DNA of 42,305 nucleotides from a virus: UHGV virus genome UHGV-0118819; one strand, 5' to 3'. Shown piece by piece: positions 19,719 to 28,810 of this stretch (position 1 is its first letter; each line of letters starts with the position of its first letter). The notes under the pieces were generated by a model. It saw only the letters and a program-made list of their open reading frames with translations, ran no database searches and was not told where the DNA came from. The position numbers and the translations under genes were made by a program.

Positions 19719-20786
19719 ATGTCACAGAACTGGATGAGACATTTCGAGCTGCAGCTTGTGGACGGGAACGGTCAGGGAATTGAGCTAAGTGATTTCAAAG
19801 TCACCTTTACGATCGACTGGTTCAACATCAGCAGCGCGTCCCGGGTAGGGACTATCAAAATTTATAACCTTTCGGCAGATACTGTGAACCGAATTACCGG
19901 GCAGGAGTTTTCGAAAGTGCGGCTGATTGCCGGTTACGACGGTATCGCGCCGGAGGTGGCGGCAAGCGACGTCGGGACCGTGCGCGAAGTCGACGCGGCA
20001 GATGTGGGCCAGAGTGATGGCCGCAACTACGGGCTGATTTTCAGCGGAGAAATTCGCTACTCGGTCACAGGAAAAGACAGCCCTATTGATTCCTATGTCC
20101 TGATTCAGGCAGCAGATACGGATCTGGCATTTGCCACCAGTATAACCTCGCAGACGCTGGCGGCCGGTTACACGGTCGCAGATGTGAACCGTGCGCTGAT
20201 GAAAGACTTTGAGGCCAAAGGCGCGACCGAAGGACTGACGCCTGAAATGCCTGCTACCGTATTCCCTCGAGGGCGGGTGCTGTTCGGCATGACACGGCAT
20301 CTTATGGATAACGTGGCCGGACAATGTGGCGCAACATGGCAATTTGTGGACGGTCAGCGCCAGATGGTGGCGAATAACGAGTATGTTCACGACGCGATTG
20401 TGCTCAACAGCGCCACCGGGCTTATCGGCATGCCGCAGCAGACTATCGGCAACGGTGTAAACGTCCGCGCTCTTATTAATCCGAACATCCGGGTTAACGG
20501 GCTTATTCAGCTGGATCAGGCTTCCGTGTACCGCACCGCGCTGTCGAACAATGATATTGCGATGGCTGGTGGGCAGATCACCGACCAGAACACGGACGGA
20601 AATATCACGCTCAGCGGCACCACAGCACAACCTGCCAGCATCGCAACGGATGGCGTTTATATTGTGCGCGGGATTATGTACACTGGCGATACAAGGGGCC
20701 AGGCGTGGTACATGGATATGATGTGCGAAGCGCGTGGCGCGGCGGATCTTCGTTCTGCGTCGTCTTTACAGCGTGAGGTAGGATAG
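19719..20786 (+). CDS. baseplate hub-like protein (gpD/Mu gp44-like)
   Basis: 355-aa ORF upstream of V/W/J/I-like baseplate genes. Confidence 0.6.
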   Translation: MSQNWMRHFELQLVDGNGQGIELSDFKVTFTIDWFNISSASRVGTIKIYNLSADTVNRITGQEFSKVRLIAGYDGIAPEVAASDVGTVREVDAADVGQSDGRNYGLIFSGEIRYSVTGKDSPIDSYVLIQAADTDLAFATSITSQTLAAGYTVADVNRALMKDFEAKGATEGLTPEMPATVFPRGRVLFGMTRHLMDNVAGQCGATWQFVDGQRQMVANNEYVHDAIVLNSATGLIGMPQQTIGNGVNVRALINPNIRVNGLIQLDQASVYRTALSNNDIAMAGGQITDQNTDGNITLSGTTAQPASIATDGVYIVRGIMYTGDTRGQAWYMDMMCEARGAADLRSASSLQREVG

Positions 20787-21139
20787 TGAAAAAGTGGATT
20801 GTTATCGGACTCTGTTTCCTTCCGGGGTTAGCATTTGCTGCGAATCCTGGCGGTATCACGCTTCAGTGTGGTGGCTACAAATTAGAGTTGATTCCTGATT
20901 CATTGTTCAGGATTAATGGTGAGACAGTTACCTCCCAGAAAATCAAAACGCTCGGCAACGGTAATGGAATGAAGGCGGATATGGGTCTTATGCCAGCCAA
21001 AGACGGTAACAATTACGCTTTCGAGTTCATTCGTCGCCCTGGTACCGAAACGCGTTTCCTGAACGTCCAGCTTCTGCAGAACAGCATGGATGCACCGAAA
21101 ATCATCGGCTCCTTCCCGTGTAAAAAGGTTGATGGTTAA
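20786..21139 (+). CDS. small secreted protein with signal peptide (moron candidate)
   Basis: GTG start overlapping hub stop (TAGTG); MKKWIVIGLCFLPGLAFA signal peptide; Cys-containing mature part. Confidence 0.6.
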   Translation: MKKWIVIGLCFLPGLAFAANPGGITLQCGGYKLELIPDSLFRINGETVTSQKIKTLGNGNGMKADMGLMPAKDGNNYAFEFIRRPGTETRFLNVQLLQNSMDAPKIIGSFPCKKVDG

Positions 21140-21279
21140 CCAAAAGTTACATTTCTGCATAGTGTTGAGTTTGTTCACATTCACTAAATAATGATTTTTT
21201 ATCGCTTGCTAGTTGGTTGCATGATCACTAAACTTTGCGAACTTTTAGCGCTCAGCTAACTTTGAATAAGTGGTGTATA

Positions 21280-21294
21280 GTCGTTTAAAACGAC
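21280..21294. promoter_or_regulatory. operator-like inverted repeat upstream of cassette gene 1
   Basis: GTCGTTT-a-AAACGAC (7-bp arms) adjacent to AGAGGG RBS; promoter-like TTGAAT at 21262-21267 and TATAGT at 21276-21281 nearby. Confidence 0.4.
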
Positions 21295-21307
21295 AGAGGG
21301 ATTGGGT

Positions 21308-21880
21308 ATGGCGATTAGCTACGCATTTGCGCTGGCAACAATTACACAACAAATGAATCAGGTTCAGGAAGCTGTTAACGGTGCTTTCAAACCCCTGATC
21401 TCTAATGCTTGTGAACTGCCACAACGATTAGATGCTGAAGAGGTATTTCGTCGTTGTACCGCGATTGCTGCACGCGCTCAAGAAATCGAAAATACCGCGA
21501 AGGAAGGCATGTCTCATCTCGAAGCTTTTCGAAATGGGAGAATCATTGTTGATGAGCTTCCGGAAGAGTTTTTATCCCATCTCGAAGGTCTTGCCAAGGC
21601 ATGCCGAAATGCTAAAGGACATTTAGTGGATATGTTCTCTGAAGCGGAAAGGTCCCCTATGTGGCAAGGCCATCTGCAAATGTTGCGCCCATTAAAACGC
21701 AAATATGTTCGTGCGTTGACCGCCGTCGAGAACACTGCAACTCAGTTGGCCGCTGAAGTTAGGCAATCGCAGCCTTTCCAGGCTGAACTCTTGTCAGATA
21801 ATGTTACCCGTGAAGAGGCTATTGAACTGATCTCAACATCGCATAAGATGCTGGGAGCCAACGCCCCTAAATGGATGTGA
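21308..21880 (+). CDS. hypothetical helical protein (190 aa), cassette gene 1; R-x4-H motif (RNAKGH)
   Basis: ATG 21308 with AGAGGG RBS; 2-bp gap to downstream gene; no family recognised. Confidence 0.65.
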   Translation: MAISYAFALATITQQMNQVQEAVNGAFKPLISNACELPQRLDAEEVFRRCTAIAARAQEIENTAKEGMSHLEAFRNGRIIVDELPEEFLSHLEGLAKACRNAKGHLVDMFSEAERSPMWQGHLQMLRPLKRKYVRALTAVENTATQLAAEVRQSQPFQAELLSDNVTREEAIELISTSHKMLGANAPKWM

Positions 21881-21881
21881 C

Positions 21882-22298
21882 ATGGCAAAAGTCAGTATCA
21901 CGGGAGAATTGCGTCATTTAGCTGCAGCACATAAGTATGCTCAAATGCTTGCCGATTATATTTCAAAGGGTTCCCAGTTCTGGTGTTTTGGTTCGTTAGG
22001 CGGTTTTGAACGTAACTATGATGCGATGGCTGCCAACATCAGGAAAATTCACTTAAAGCTACCTGGCGATAAACCCTGGCCTCCAGAAGCATCTCTGAGT
22101 GAACGGACATGTGATAATTTTTTGGTATATGCTCAGCATCTTTATATCGATGAACACTATCAGATATTGGCAATCATCAGCCCAAACGCTCATCAGCAAG
22201 CTGATTCGATGCTTCCCCGGCTGATAAAATTAGCAGAGGAAACCTTCATAGAACTTCCTCCTGATGAACTCGAAAAATTGAAAACCTACGATTCATAA
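21882..22298 (+). CDS. YafO-like toxin-family protein (putative), cassette gene 2
   Basis: 138 aa; by-eye motif match to recalled E. coli YafO (IHL..P.PP, S.RT.D, LVY.Q, ILAI.P..H); needs profile confirmation. Confidence 0.55.
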   Translation: MAKVSITGELRHLAAAHKYAQMLADYISKGSQFWCFGSLGGFERNYDAMAANIRKIHLKLPGDKPWPPEASLSERTCDNFLVYAQHLYIDEHYQILAIISPNAHQQADSMLPRLIKLAEETFIELPPDELEKLKTYDS

Positions 22299-22299
22299 A

Positions 22300-22321
22300 C
22301 CCGCCACCCGGCGGGTTTTTT
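22300..22321 (+). terminator. intrinsic terminator closing the cassette
   Basis: CCCGCC-ACCC-GGCGGG stem followed by TTTTTT, 2 bp after the gene 2 stop. Confidence 0.7.
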
Positions 22322-22340
22322 GCTTTCTGGAGCCTACTAA

Positions 22341-23093
22341 ATGGCAGTATCTGACCAGACCCGCAGCGGCGACCTTGCCGAAACATTCAAATCTGAACGG
22401 GAAACAACAAAGAATCAGATCCGTGTCGCCTTGCCTGGCATTATTCAGTCATTCGATCCTGATGCGGTGACGGCGGTTGTGCAGCCTGCTATCCGTTCGG
22501 TTGAAAAGGATAATGACGGCAACCGCATTACCAAAAATTACCCATTGTTGGTGGATGTTCCAGTGGTATTCCCACGTGGCGGAGGATGTACGCTAACGTT
22601 TCCGATTAAAGCCGGGGATGAGTGTCTTGTCGTTTTTGCCGATCGTTGTATTGATTTCTGGTGGCAGAGCGGAGGAATACAGGAACCGGTCGATGACAGA
22701 ATGCATGATTTATCGGATGCGTTTTGTATTGTAGGCCCCCAGTCGCAGGCGAGGAAGATTAGCGGTATTAATACCAGTGCCACACAGTTGCGTAGTGACG
22801 ATGGCAGCACCTATTTTGAGCTTAATCCTGATACCAGGAAAATTAAAATTGTCGCTCCGGGTGGTCTTGATGTGGTTGCCCCTCTGGCTGATTTTTCTGA
22901 GAAAGTAACCATTCATGGCCTGTTAACCTGGATGGGGGGCATGGTGGGGTCTGTTGTTTCTGGTGTGGCTTCAAAAATCACTGGTGTTGTTGAGTTTTTG
23001 GGTAGCGTGAAGGCTAACGGCAAGCCAATCGATGATACGCACACTCATGGCGGTGTTCAGCGCGGTGGAAGCAATACCGATGGGGTAAACTGA
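22341..23093 (+). CDS. baseplate assembly protein V-like (spike)
   Basis: 250-aa ORF in conserved position before W/J/I-like genes. Confidence 0.7.
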   Translation: MAVSDQTRSGDLAETFKSERETTKNQIRVALPGIIQSFDPDAVTAVVQPAIRSVEKDNDGNRITKNYPLLVDVPVVFPRGGGCTLTFPIKAGDECLVVFADRCIDFWWQSGGIQEPVDDRMHDLSDAFCIVGPQSQARKISGINTSATQLRSDDGSTYFELNPDTRKIKIVAPGGLDVVAPLADFSEKVTIHGLLTWMGGMVGSVVSGVASKITGVVEFLGSVKANGKPIDDTHTHGGVQRGGSNTDGVN

Positions 23094-23446
23094 TGCGATA
23101 CAGACGTGAAGACGCCGATGGCGATTACACCTTTGGCAGCGGTGATGACACCTGGCTGATTAACTCACCGGAGGCCGTGGCGCAGGCGGTAAAAACGCGA
23201 TTCGAATTGTGGTATGGGCAATGGTTTCTCGACACCACCGAGGGGACTCCGTGGATCCAGTCCGTACTCGGTAAGCAGAAGCCGGAAACCTACAACCTGG
23301 CGATCCGTAAGCGCATCCTCGAAACGCGGGGCGTTAAATCAATCCTCTCTTTCAATACGACGGTGGATACCACGACCCGACGTGTCATGTTTTCCGCTGA
23401 AATCGACACTCTTTATGGAATAACGACTGTTACATCGGAGGCGTAA
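23093..23446 (+). CDS. baseplate wedge protein (gpW/gp25-like)
   Basis: 117-aa ORF, ATGA-coupled between V and J. Confidence 0.65.
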   Translation: MRYRREDADGDYTFGSGDDTWLINSPEAVAQAVKTRFELWYGQWFLDTTEGTPWIQSVLGKQKPETYNLAIRKRILETRGVKSILSFNTTVDTTTRRVMFSAEIDTLYGITTVTSEA

Positions 23447-24645
23447 TGGCTCTGAACCTTGATTCTCTCGGTTTATCTGCAAAGGTAACCGCGGAGGGGA
23501 TCAGTGCGCCTGATTATCAGACGATACTCAGCACCCTGATTAGCTATTTTCAGCAGATTTATGGCAGTGATGCCTACCTCGAACCGGACAGCAAAGACGG
23601 CCAGATGGTGGCTCTGATGGCGCTGGCGATTCATGATGCCAATAATACGGCGATAACTGTCTACAACTGTTTTTCACCGGCAACCGGCTATGGGGCTGCA
23701 CTGACCAGTAACGTGAAAATAAATGGTATTTCACGTAAAGGCGCGACGAACTCTACGGTTGATTTGCTTCTTACAGGAACTGCCGGAACAACCATCATTA
23801 ATGGCAGCGTGAAAGACAGTAATAATGTGATATGGCGTTTGCCTGCTTCAGTGGTGGTCGGCGTGGATGGTACAGTGATGGTGACCGCAACATGTTCCGT
23901 CAGTGGTGCAGTGGCGGCGCTGGCTGGAACTATCTCTGAAATTAATACGCCAACCCGTGGCTGGGTTTCGGTAACCAATCCTGCCGCAGCCACTGTGGGC
24001 ACTCCGGCAGAAACTGATGCGGAGTTACGTATCCGTCAGTCGCAAAGTGTTGCGTTGCCATCAATAACCCCATTTGAAGCACTGGATGGTGCTGTTTCTA
24101 ATGTTGCCGGTGTACCCCGCCACAAACTCTATGAAAACGATACTGGTTCGGAGGACGGTAACGGGTTACCGCCACACTCTGTTGCTGTAATTGTGGATGG
24201 CGGTGATGTGACGGATATTGCTCAGGCTATCAGAGGGAATAAAGGCCAGGGGACATCCACTCACGGTACAACATCCGTTACGGTTCCGGATAAATACGGC
24301 AATCCCCATGTAATCAAATTCTCGCGCTCTAGTGATGTGCCTGTTTATGCCCGGATTAAATTAAAAGTTTTTACGGGTTATACCTCACAGATAGGGCAGC
24401 AGATCCAGCAGGCTATTTCCGACTATATCAATAGTCTGATGATTGGTGATTCGGTCCTTTTAAGTCGCATTTACTCACCGGCGAATCTTGGCGTGGTGAG
24501 TGGCGGGAATGCACGCTATTACGATATTCAGGAACTGACGATTGGGAAATCCCCGGGGGCTTTGTCGTCATCAAACATTGATATCAGATACAACGAATCT
24601 GCGTCCTGTACACCGGAAAATATCGTTATAACGGTGGAGTCATGA
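23446..24645 (+). CDS. baseplate J-like protein
   Basis: 399-aa ORF in gpJ position. Confidence 0.75.
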   Translation: MALNLDSLGLSAKVTAEGISAPDYQTILSTLISYFQQIYGSDAYLEPDSKDGQMVALMALAIHDANNTAITVYNCFSPATGYGAALTSNVKINGISRKGATNSTVDLLLTGTAGTTIINGSVKDSNNVIWRLPASVVVGVDGTVMVTATCSVSGAVAALAGTISEINTPTRGWVSVTNPAAATVGTPAETDAELRIRQSQSVALPSITPFEALDGAVSNVAGVPRHKLYENDTGSEDGNGLPPHSVAVIVDGGDVTDIAQAIRGNKGQGTSTHGTTSVTVPDKYGNPHVIKFSRSSDVPVYARIKLKVFTGYTSQIGQQIQQAISDYINSLMIGDSVLLSRIYSPANLGVVSGGNARYYDIQELTIGKSPGALSSSNIDIRYNESASCTPENIVITVES

Positions 24646-25322
24646 GCAAATACACCGAACTAATCACGAACTACCACGCCACCAAACCTAAATTTCTTGC
24701 ACATGTTGATCTGATGACCCGGCCGCTTATTGATGTTGCGGCGGCCACCAGAGGGCTGATTACTGCATTTGATATTGACTCTGCGGTTGGTGTGCAACTT
24801 GACATTCTGGGATTGTGGATCGGACGTAGCCGTGTTGTCAGCCAGCCTATCTCAGGTGTCTATTTCAGCTGGGATACCGACGGGCTTGGATATGATCAAG
24901 GTGTATGGCAGGGGCCATACGATCCTGATTCCGGATACATGTACCTCAGCGATGAAACTTATCGTGTCATCCTTAAAGCGAAGATTGCGATTAATAACTG
25001 GGACGGACGGAATGATTCGCTTCCAGCAATTCTTGACGCTGCAACAGCAGGATCCGGGCTGCGAATGCAGATAGTCGATAACCAGGACATGACGATATCG
25101 GTCTGGGTCTTTCCTGATACTGATATTTCAGATGTATCGCGTGAGTTAATTGCGGCAATTAAACAGGGGTATCTAACAGTAAAAGCCGCCGGGGTATGGG
25201 CGGGGGGCATTGAAACACCTTCGGTGGAAACTCCATCGGAAGGCTCTAAATTTTTTGGTTTTGATATGGATAACGAATTCATCAGTGGTTTTGATGTAGG
25301 GGCATGGGGAGTATTACTCTGA
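24642..25322 (+). CDS. tail protein I-like (baseplate)
   Basis: 226-aa ORF between J-like gene and tail fibre. Confidence 0.7.
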   Translation: MSKYTELITNYHATKPKFLAHVDLMTRPLIDVAAATRGLITAFDIDSAVGVQLDILGLWIGRSRVVSQPISGVYFSWDTDGLGYDQGVWQGPYDPDSGYMYLSDETYRVILKAKIAINNWDGRNDSLPAILDAATAGSGLRMQIVDNQDMTISVWVFPDTDISDVSRELIAAIKQGYLTVKAAGVWAGGIETPSVETPSEGSKFFGFDMDNEFISGFDVGAWGVLL

Positions 25323-26350
25323 TGGCGAAAAATGACTTTAAAGCGTTTGCAACTGATCGAAATGCCAATGTTATGTCGCAGGAAGAATGGGAAGCGTTGC
25401 CTGCGCTTATATCCGGATTTACAGCAGGGAAAGCATCCAGTGCGCAAGTCAATAAGGTTATTCGGCAGGCCAGCTTTATTGCTGCAGCTCTGGCCCAGTT
25501 TGTAAGTGATAAAACGCAACGGGATGTGCTTGATAATGGTGATCTGCCCGGTTTTGTTGAATTGCTGGGATCGGGGTTTGCTGTTGAATACCTGAGCCGC
25601 AAGAATCCGTTTGGCGATATCAAATCGGATGGCACTGTGCAAACGGCTCTCGAAAACCTTGGTATTAAAAACGCATCAACAACACAGGTGGGTTTAGTCC
25701 GGTTAACGTCATCGCGGGTATCGGGTGCAGAGGATATTGCAGCCACAGCTAATGCTGTCGCGCAAAACTATACGGACATAAAATCTTTGCAAAACAAAAC
25801 TCAGGATTCAACTACGACACAGAAAGGAATTGTTCAACTTACATCATCAAGGGTATCCGAATCTGAAACGCTTGCTGCAACAGCAAAAGCGGCAGCGATG
25901 AATTATGCGGATATTGTAGCTCTGCAAGGCAAGACTAATGATGCAACCACTACAAACAAGGGAATTATCCGCGTATCTGATTCCAGAACATCAACAGAAT
26001 CTGGTGTTGCTGCATCATCACTTGCTGCATCACAAAACTATTCAGATATGAAAGGGTTGTTTGGTCAATGCGGAATGAAATCTAGAAATCTCGGTGTCGT
26101 ATACACCAACAGCCAGTCTTTCGCCATATTTGTAAGCGTCAATGCGGTGCTGTCTGACGGTAGTTCATTTCTGAGCGCCAACGTTAATGTGGATGGTAAT
26201 TCGGCTAATTTTCGCGGCTCTCAGACAACAAATCTTGCAGGGCAAAGAGCAACTATCGCATTCATGGTTCCTGCCGGTGCGACCTATATTGTGCAGCAGT
26301 TTTCAGGAACAGTGTCAGATGTTACCTGGGTAGAGGTGGATAAAAAATGA
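25322..26350 (+). CDS. tail fibre protein
   Basis: ATG 25322 overlapping upstream stop (TGATG); internal roughly 45-aa tandem repeats; followed by tail fibre assembly gene. Confidence 0.75.
   Translation: MAKNDFKAFATDRNANVMSQEEWEALPALISGFTAGKASSAQVNKVIRQASFIAAALAQFVSDKTQRDVLDNGDLPGFVELLGSGFAVEYLSRKNPFGDIKSDGTVQTALENLGIKNASTTQVGLVRLTSSRVSGAEDIAATANAVAQNYTDIKSLQNKTQDSTTTQKGIVQLTSSRVSESETLAATAKAAAMNYADIVALQGKTNDATTTNKGIIRVSDSRTSTESGVAASSLAASQNYSDMKGLFGQCGMKSRNLGVVYTNSQSFAIFVSVNAVLSDGSSFLSANVNVDGNSANFRGSQTTNLAGQRATIAFMVPAGATYIVQQFSGTVSDVTWVEVDKK
25679..26055 (+). repeat. three diverged tandem repeats of about 135 bp within tail fibre gene
   Basis: Protein repeats [41 protein letters not shown] / [42 protein letters not shown] / [38 protein letters not shown]; boundaries approximate. 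Confidence 0.5.
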
Positions 26351-26715
26351 TAACAATGATGAAGTATTACAAAGATGAAAATAACGTCGTATATGCCTAC
26401 GATGCGTATGGCACACAGGATGCTTTTATCAAAGAAGGGCTTGTGCCAATCACCAGAAGTGAGGCAATGGCGATTGTTAACCCTCCACCGACTCATGAAC
26501 AACTCATCCAGATTGCTGAAAATGAGCGACAGCGATTACTGTCCGCCGCTGATGCAATTATGCTCGACTGGCGCACAGAGCTGATGCTGGGTGAAATCAG
26601 CGATGCCAACAGAGCTAAACTTTCGGCGTGGCTTTTATATAAGAATCAGGTTAAGGCTGTTGATGTAACAACCGACCCTGAGCATGTTAACTGGCCTGTC
26701 ATCCCGGAACTTTAG
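26347..26715 (+). CDS. tail fibre assembly protein
   Basis: 122-aa ORF immediately after tail fibre gene. Confidence 0.8.
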   Translation: MITMMKYYKDENNVVYAYDAYGTQDAFIKEGLVPITRSEAMAIVNPPPTHEQLIQIAENERQRLLSAADAIMLDWRTELMLGEISDANRAKLSAWLLYKNQVKAVDVTTDPEHVNWPVIPEL

Positions 26716-26720
26716 CTGGT

Positions 26721-26906
26721 TTGGCTATTGCCAGATCCAAAGGCCGGATTGGTGGGCGTAGACCGAAGTTTAGCGACGAGAAGTGGCAACAGATGGGAGC
26801 GCTCATAGCGGCAGGGAAATCACGGCGTTATGTTGCACGTATCTATAACGTTGGGCTATCAACCCTATATAAACGATTTCCTGTTACTGGCATTCAAACG
26901 AAATAA
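26721..26906 (+). pseudogene. remnant of serine DNA-invertase (Hin/Gin/Pin-like C-terminal HTH only)
   Basis: 61-aa ORF GRIGGRRPKFSDEKWQQMGALIAAGKSRRYVARIYNVGLSTLYKRF resembles invertase C-terminus; catalytic domain absent. Confidence 0.7.
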
Positions 26907-27275
26907 TTTAAAAGCAATTTAAAGAGTTATTTGTCTAATGTTGGAAGCCGCAGCCACGTCGTATGCAAGAACGTGCTGCGGCTGGCTGGTGAACTTCCGA
27001 TAGTGCGAGTATTGAATGATTTCCAGCAGTTACCGATTTTACTATGTTTTCAGTAGAACGCTTAGACAAAACTGAGGCGCACAAAGCTTTGCACTGGATT
27101 GCAAGGCTTTGTGCTCTTCTGTGGATGTGTGGCTACATGTTTGAAGATCGTTGTGCCGTATTTGTGACATACACATGACAACATCATGCATCAGCTTTCT
27201 GTTTGTGCCATCAACTATAGCTTAGTGAATGCGGTTAATGCTTGCTAAAACAGATAGTTATGATTGGTGCTACAG

Positions 27276-27321
27276 ATTCGTAATGCGAAGGTCGTAGGTT
27301 CGACTCCTATTATCGGCACCA
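27276..27321 (+). other. attP core: 3' portion of a tRNA-Thr gene (thrW-like, anticodon CGU loop to CCA end)
   Basis: ATTCGTAATGCGAAGGTCGTAGGTTCGACTCCTATTATCGGCACCA matches recalled 3' part of E. coli thrW; no 5' half; 14 bp from integrase stop. Confidence 0.7.
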
Positions 27322-27335
27322 TTAAAATCAAGTAG

Positions 27336-28496
27336 TTACCCCATATTTAAATACACCACGTTCTCCTCTTGTGCCGTATTTGTGCCATTGCGACTTATAA
27401 TCGCATCGATTTTGCTTGCGTGCTCGGTGAGATGCCCGGCTGAAAGGTGGGCGTATCTTTGAACCATTTCGAGAGTTTCCCATCCTCCCATCTCTTTAAG
27501 TGCAAGAAGAGAGACACCGGACTGAACCAGCCAGCTTGCCCAGGTATGCCTCAGATCATGGAAGCGGAAGTTACTAATGCCTGCCCGCTTTAACGCTCCC
27601 TTCCATGCCTTGTTGCTGTCGGTTCTCATCTTCCTTACCGCTGCTGTTTTTGTTCCGTCGCTTCGGTAGGCAGGTTTGGTGTGGACAAATACCCATCTCT
27701 TATGGAGCCCCTGCTGTTTTCTTAATATCTGGCATGCGGTTTCGTTAAGAGGAACTCCGATCGCATTGCCAGCTTTTGTTTCATCAGGGTGTATCCATGC
27801 CATTTTCTTATCCAGATCGACCTGTGACCACTCAAGGTCTGTAACGTTGGAACGGCGAAGGCCTGTCGTGATTGCAAACATGACCACAGGGAAGAAGTGA
27901 GGAGCAATTTCTGCAAACAGGCGCTTCGATTCCTCCTCTGTAAGCCATCTGATGCGTCCATTCTTAACGCGTGGTGTTGATATTTTGGGTGCCCTGTCAA
28001 GCCATCCCCATTCAACAGCCATATTGAGAATGGCGCGAAGTATTGCCAGATGCCTCGTCTTCGTTCCTTTGCTTGCAAGCTTTGGTTTATACTCCGGCAC
28101 CGGATTGCCAAGTCGCAAACACCTGTCCCGGCTCATCTCCCAGTTCAGGCGATGGCGGCGGTTTTCCATCCCATCTACCGCCTCCATTATTTTTTCTGTT
28201 GTTATGTCAGAGAGAATGGCTTCTCTGAAGTGCAACATCCAGAACGATATAATGCTCTTGTCATCATCAATGGACTTCTTATCCGATTTCTCACGCAGCC
28301 ACCGTATGCAGGCTTCCTTGAATAGCTTTTTCGGTGATTCCCCGAGATTTTTTACTCTCCACGCTTCTGCTTTCAGACGATCGTGAAGTTCTTGCGCTTG
28401 CCTTTTGTCCGATGTTTCAAGAGAGCGTCTAACTCTTGATCCATCTGGCGCGACGAAATCGCAGTGCCACGTGCCACCGCGTAGTTTGATTGACAT
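27336..28496 (-). CDS. int: tyrosine integrase (P22 Int-like)
   Basis: 386 aa; C-terminal HDLRHTWASWLVQSGVSLLALKEMGGWETLEMVQRYAHL catalytic motif; strong resemblance to recalled P22 Int. Confidence 0.95.
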   Translation of the reverse strand: MSIKLRGGTWHCDFVAPDGSRVRRSLETSDKRQAQELHDRLKAEAWRVKNLGESPKKLFKEACIRWLREKSDKKSIDDDKSIISFWMLHFREAILSDITTEKIMEAVDGMENRRHRLNWEMSRDRCLRLGNPVPEYKPKLASKGTKTRHLAILRAILNMAVEWGWLDRAPKISTPRVKNGRIRWLTEEESKRLFAEIAPHFFPVVMFAITTGLRRSNVTDLEWSQVDLDKKMAWIHPDETKAGNAIGVPLNETACQILRKQQGLHKRWVFVHTKPAYRSDGTKTAAVRKMRTDSNKAWKGALKRAGISNFRFHDLRHTWASWLVQSGVSLLALKEMGGWETLEMVQRYAHLSAGHLTEHASKIDAIISRNGTNTAQEENVVYLNMG

Positions 28497-28720
28497 GCTT
28501 TAACCTCCTGCACATCAACCGCATTCACCGCGCTATTGTGTCTCACAGACTTAAGCGCCGCAATGCAGTCTGACTTGCAAATGCGATATGGGCTTTTAGG
28601 TTTATCTGGATTTATCTTTGCGGCCTGAAGTCGTCCACTTCGTATCCACTGCGTGATAGTGCCTTTGTCTACCTTCAGATACGACGCTGCCTCTTCACGA
28701 GTGAAGATTTCTTCTTCCAC
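28373..28720 (-). CDS. xis: excisionase (Xis)
   Basis: 115-aa ORF upstream of and overlapping int; N-terminal HTH REEAASYLKVDKGTITQWIRSGRL. Confidence 0.7.
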   Translation of the reverse strand: MEEEIFTREEAASYLKVDKGTITQWIRSGRLQAAKINPDKPKSPYRICKSDCIAALKSVRHNSAVNAVDVQEVKACQSNYAVARGTAISSRQMDQELDALLKHRTKGKRKNFTIV

Positions 28721-28810
28721 CTGGAATCTCCATTTATTGGATTGGTATTATTGCGGTAGGTCTGGATATCATTGAGCAATGAACAGGCCTCATCGAGTAT
28801 GAGGCTGTGG

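Noticed and set aside
19785-20630. 281-aa minus-strand ORF
   Set aside because: Antisense inside the baseplate hub gene, which sits in a coherent + strand operon
24959-25746. Minus-strand ORFs of 227 and 154 aa
   Set aside because: Antisense to the gpI-like and tail fibre genes
26907-27275. Expected serotype-conversion (gtr) or other cargo between tail genes and attP
   Set aside because: Region is noncoding by eye apart from the tRNA-derived att core; no ORF of useful length
27952-28386. + strand ORFs inside the integrase region
   Set aside because: Antisense to int, which has a strong catalytic-motif match
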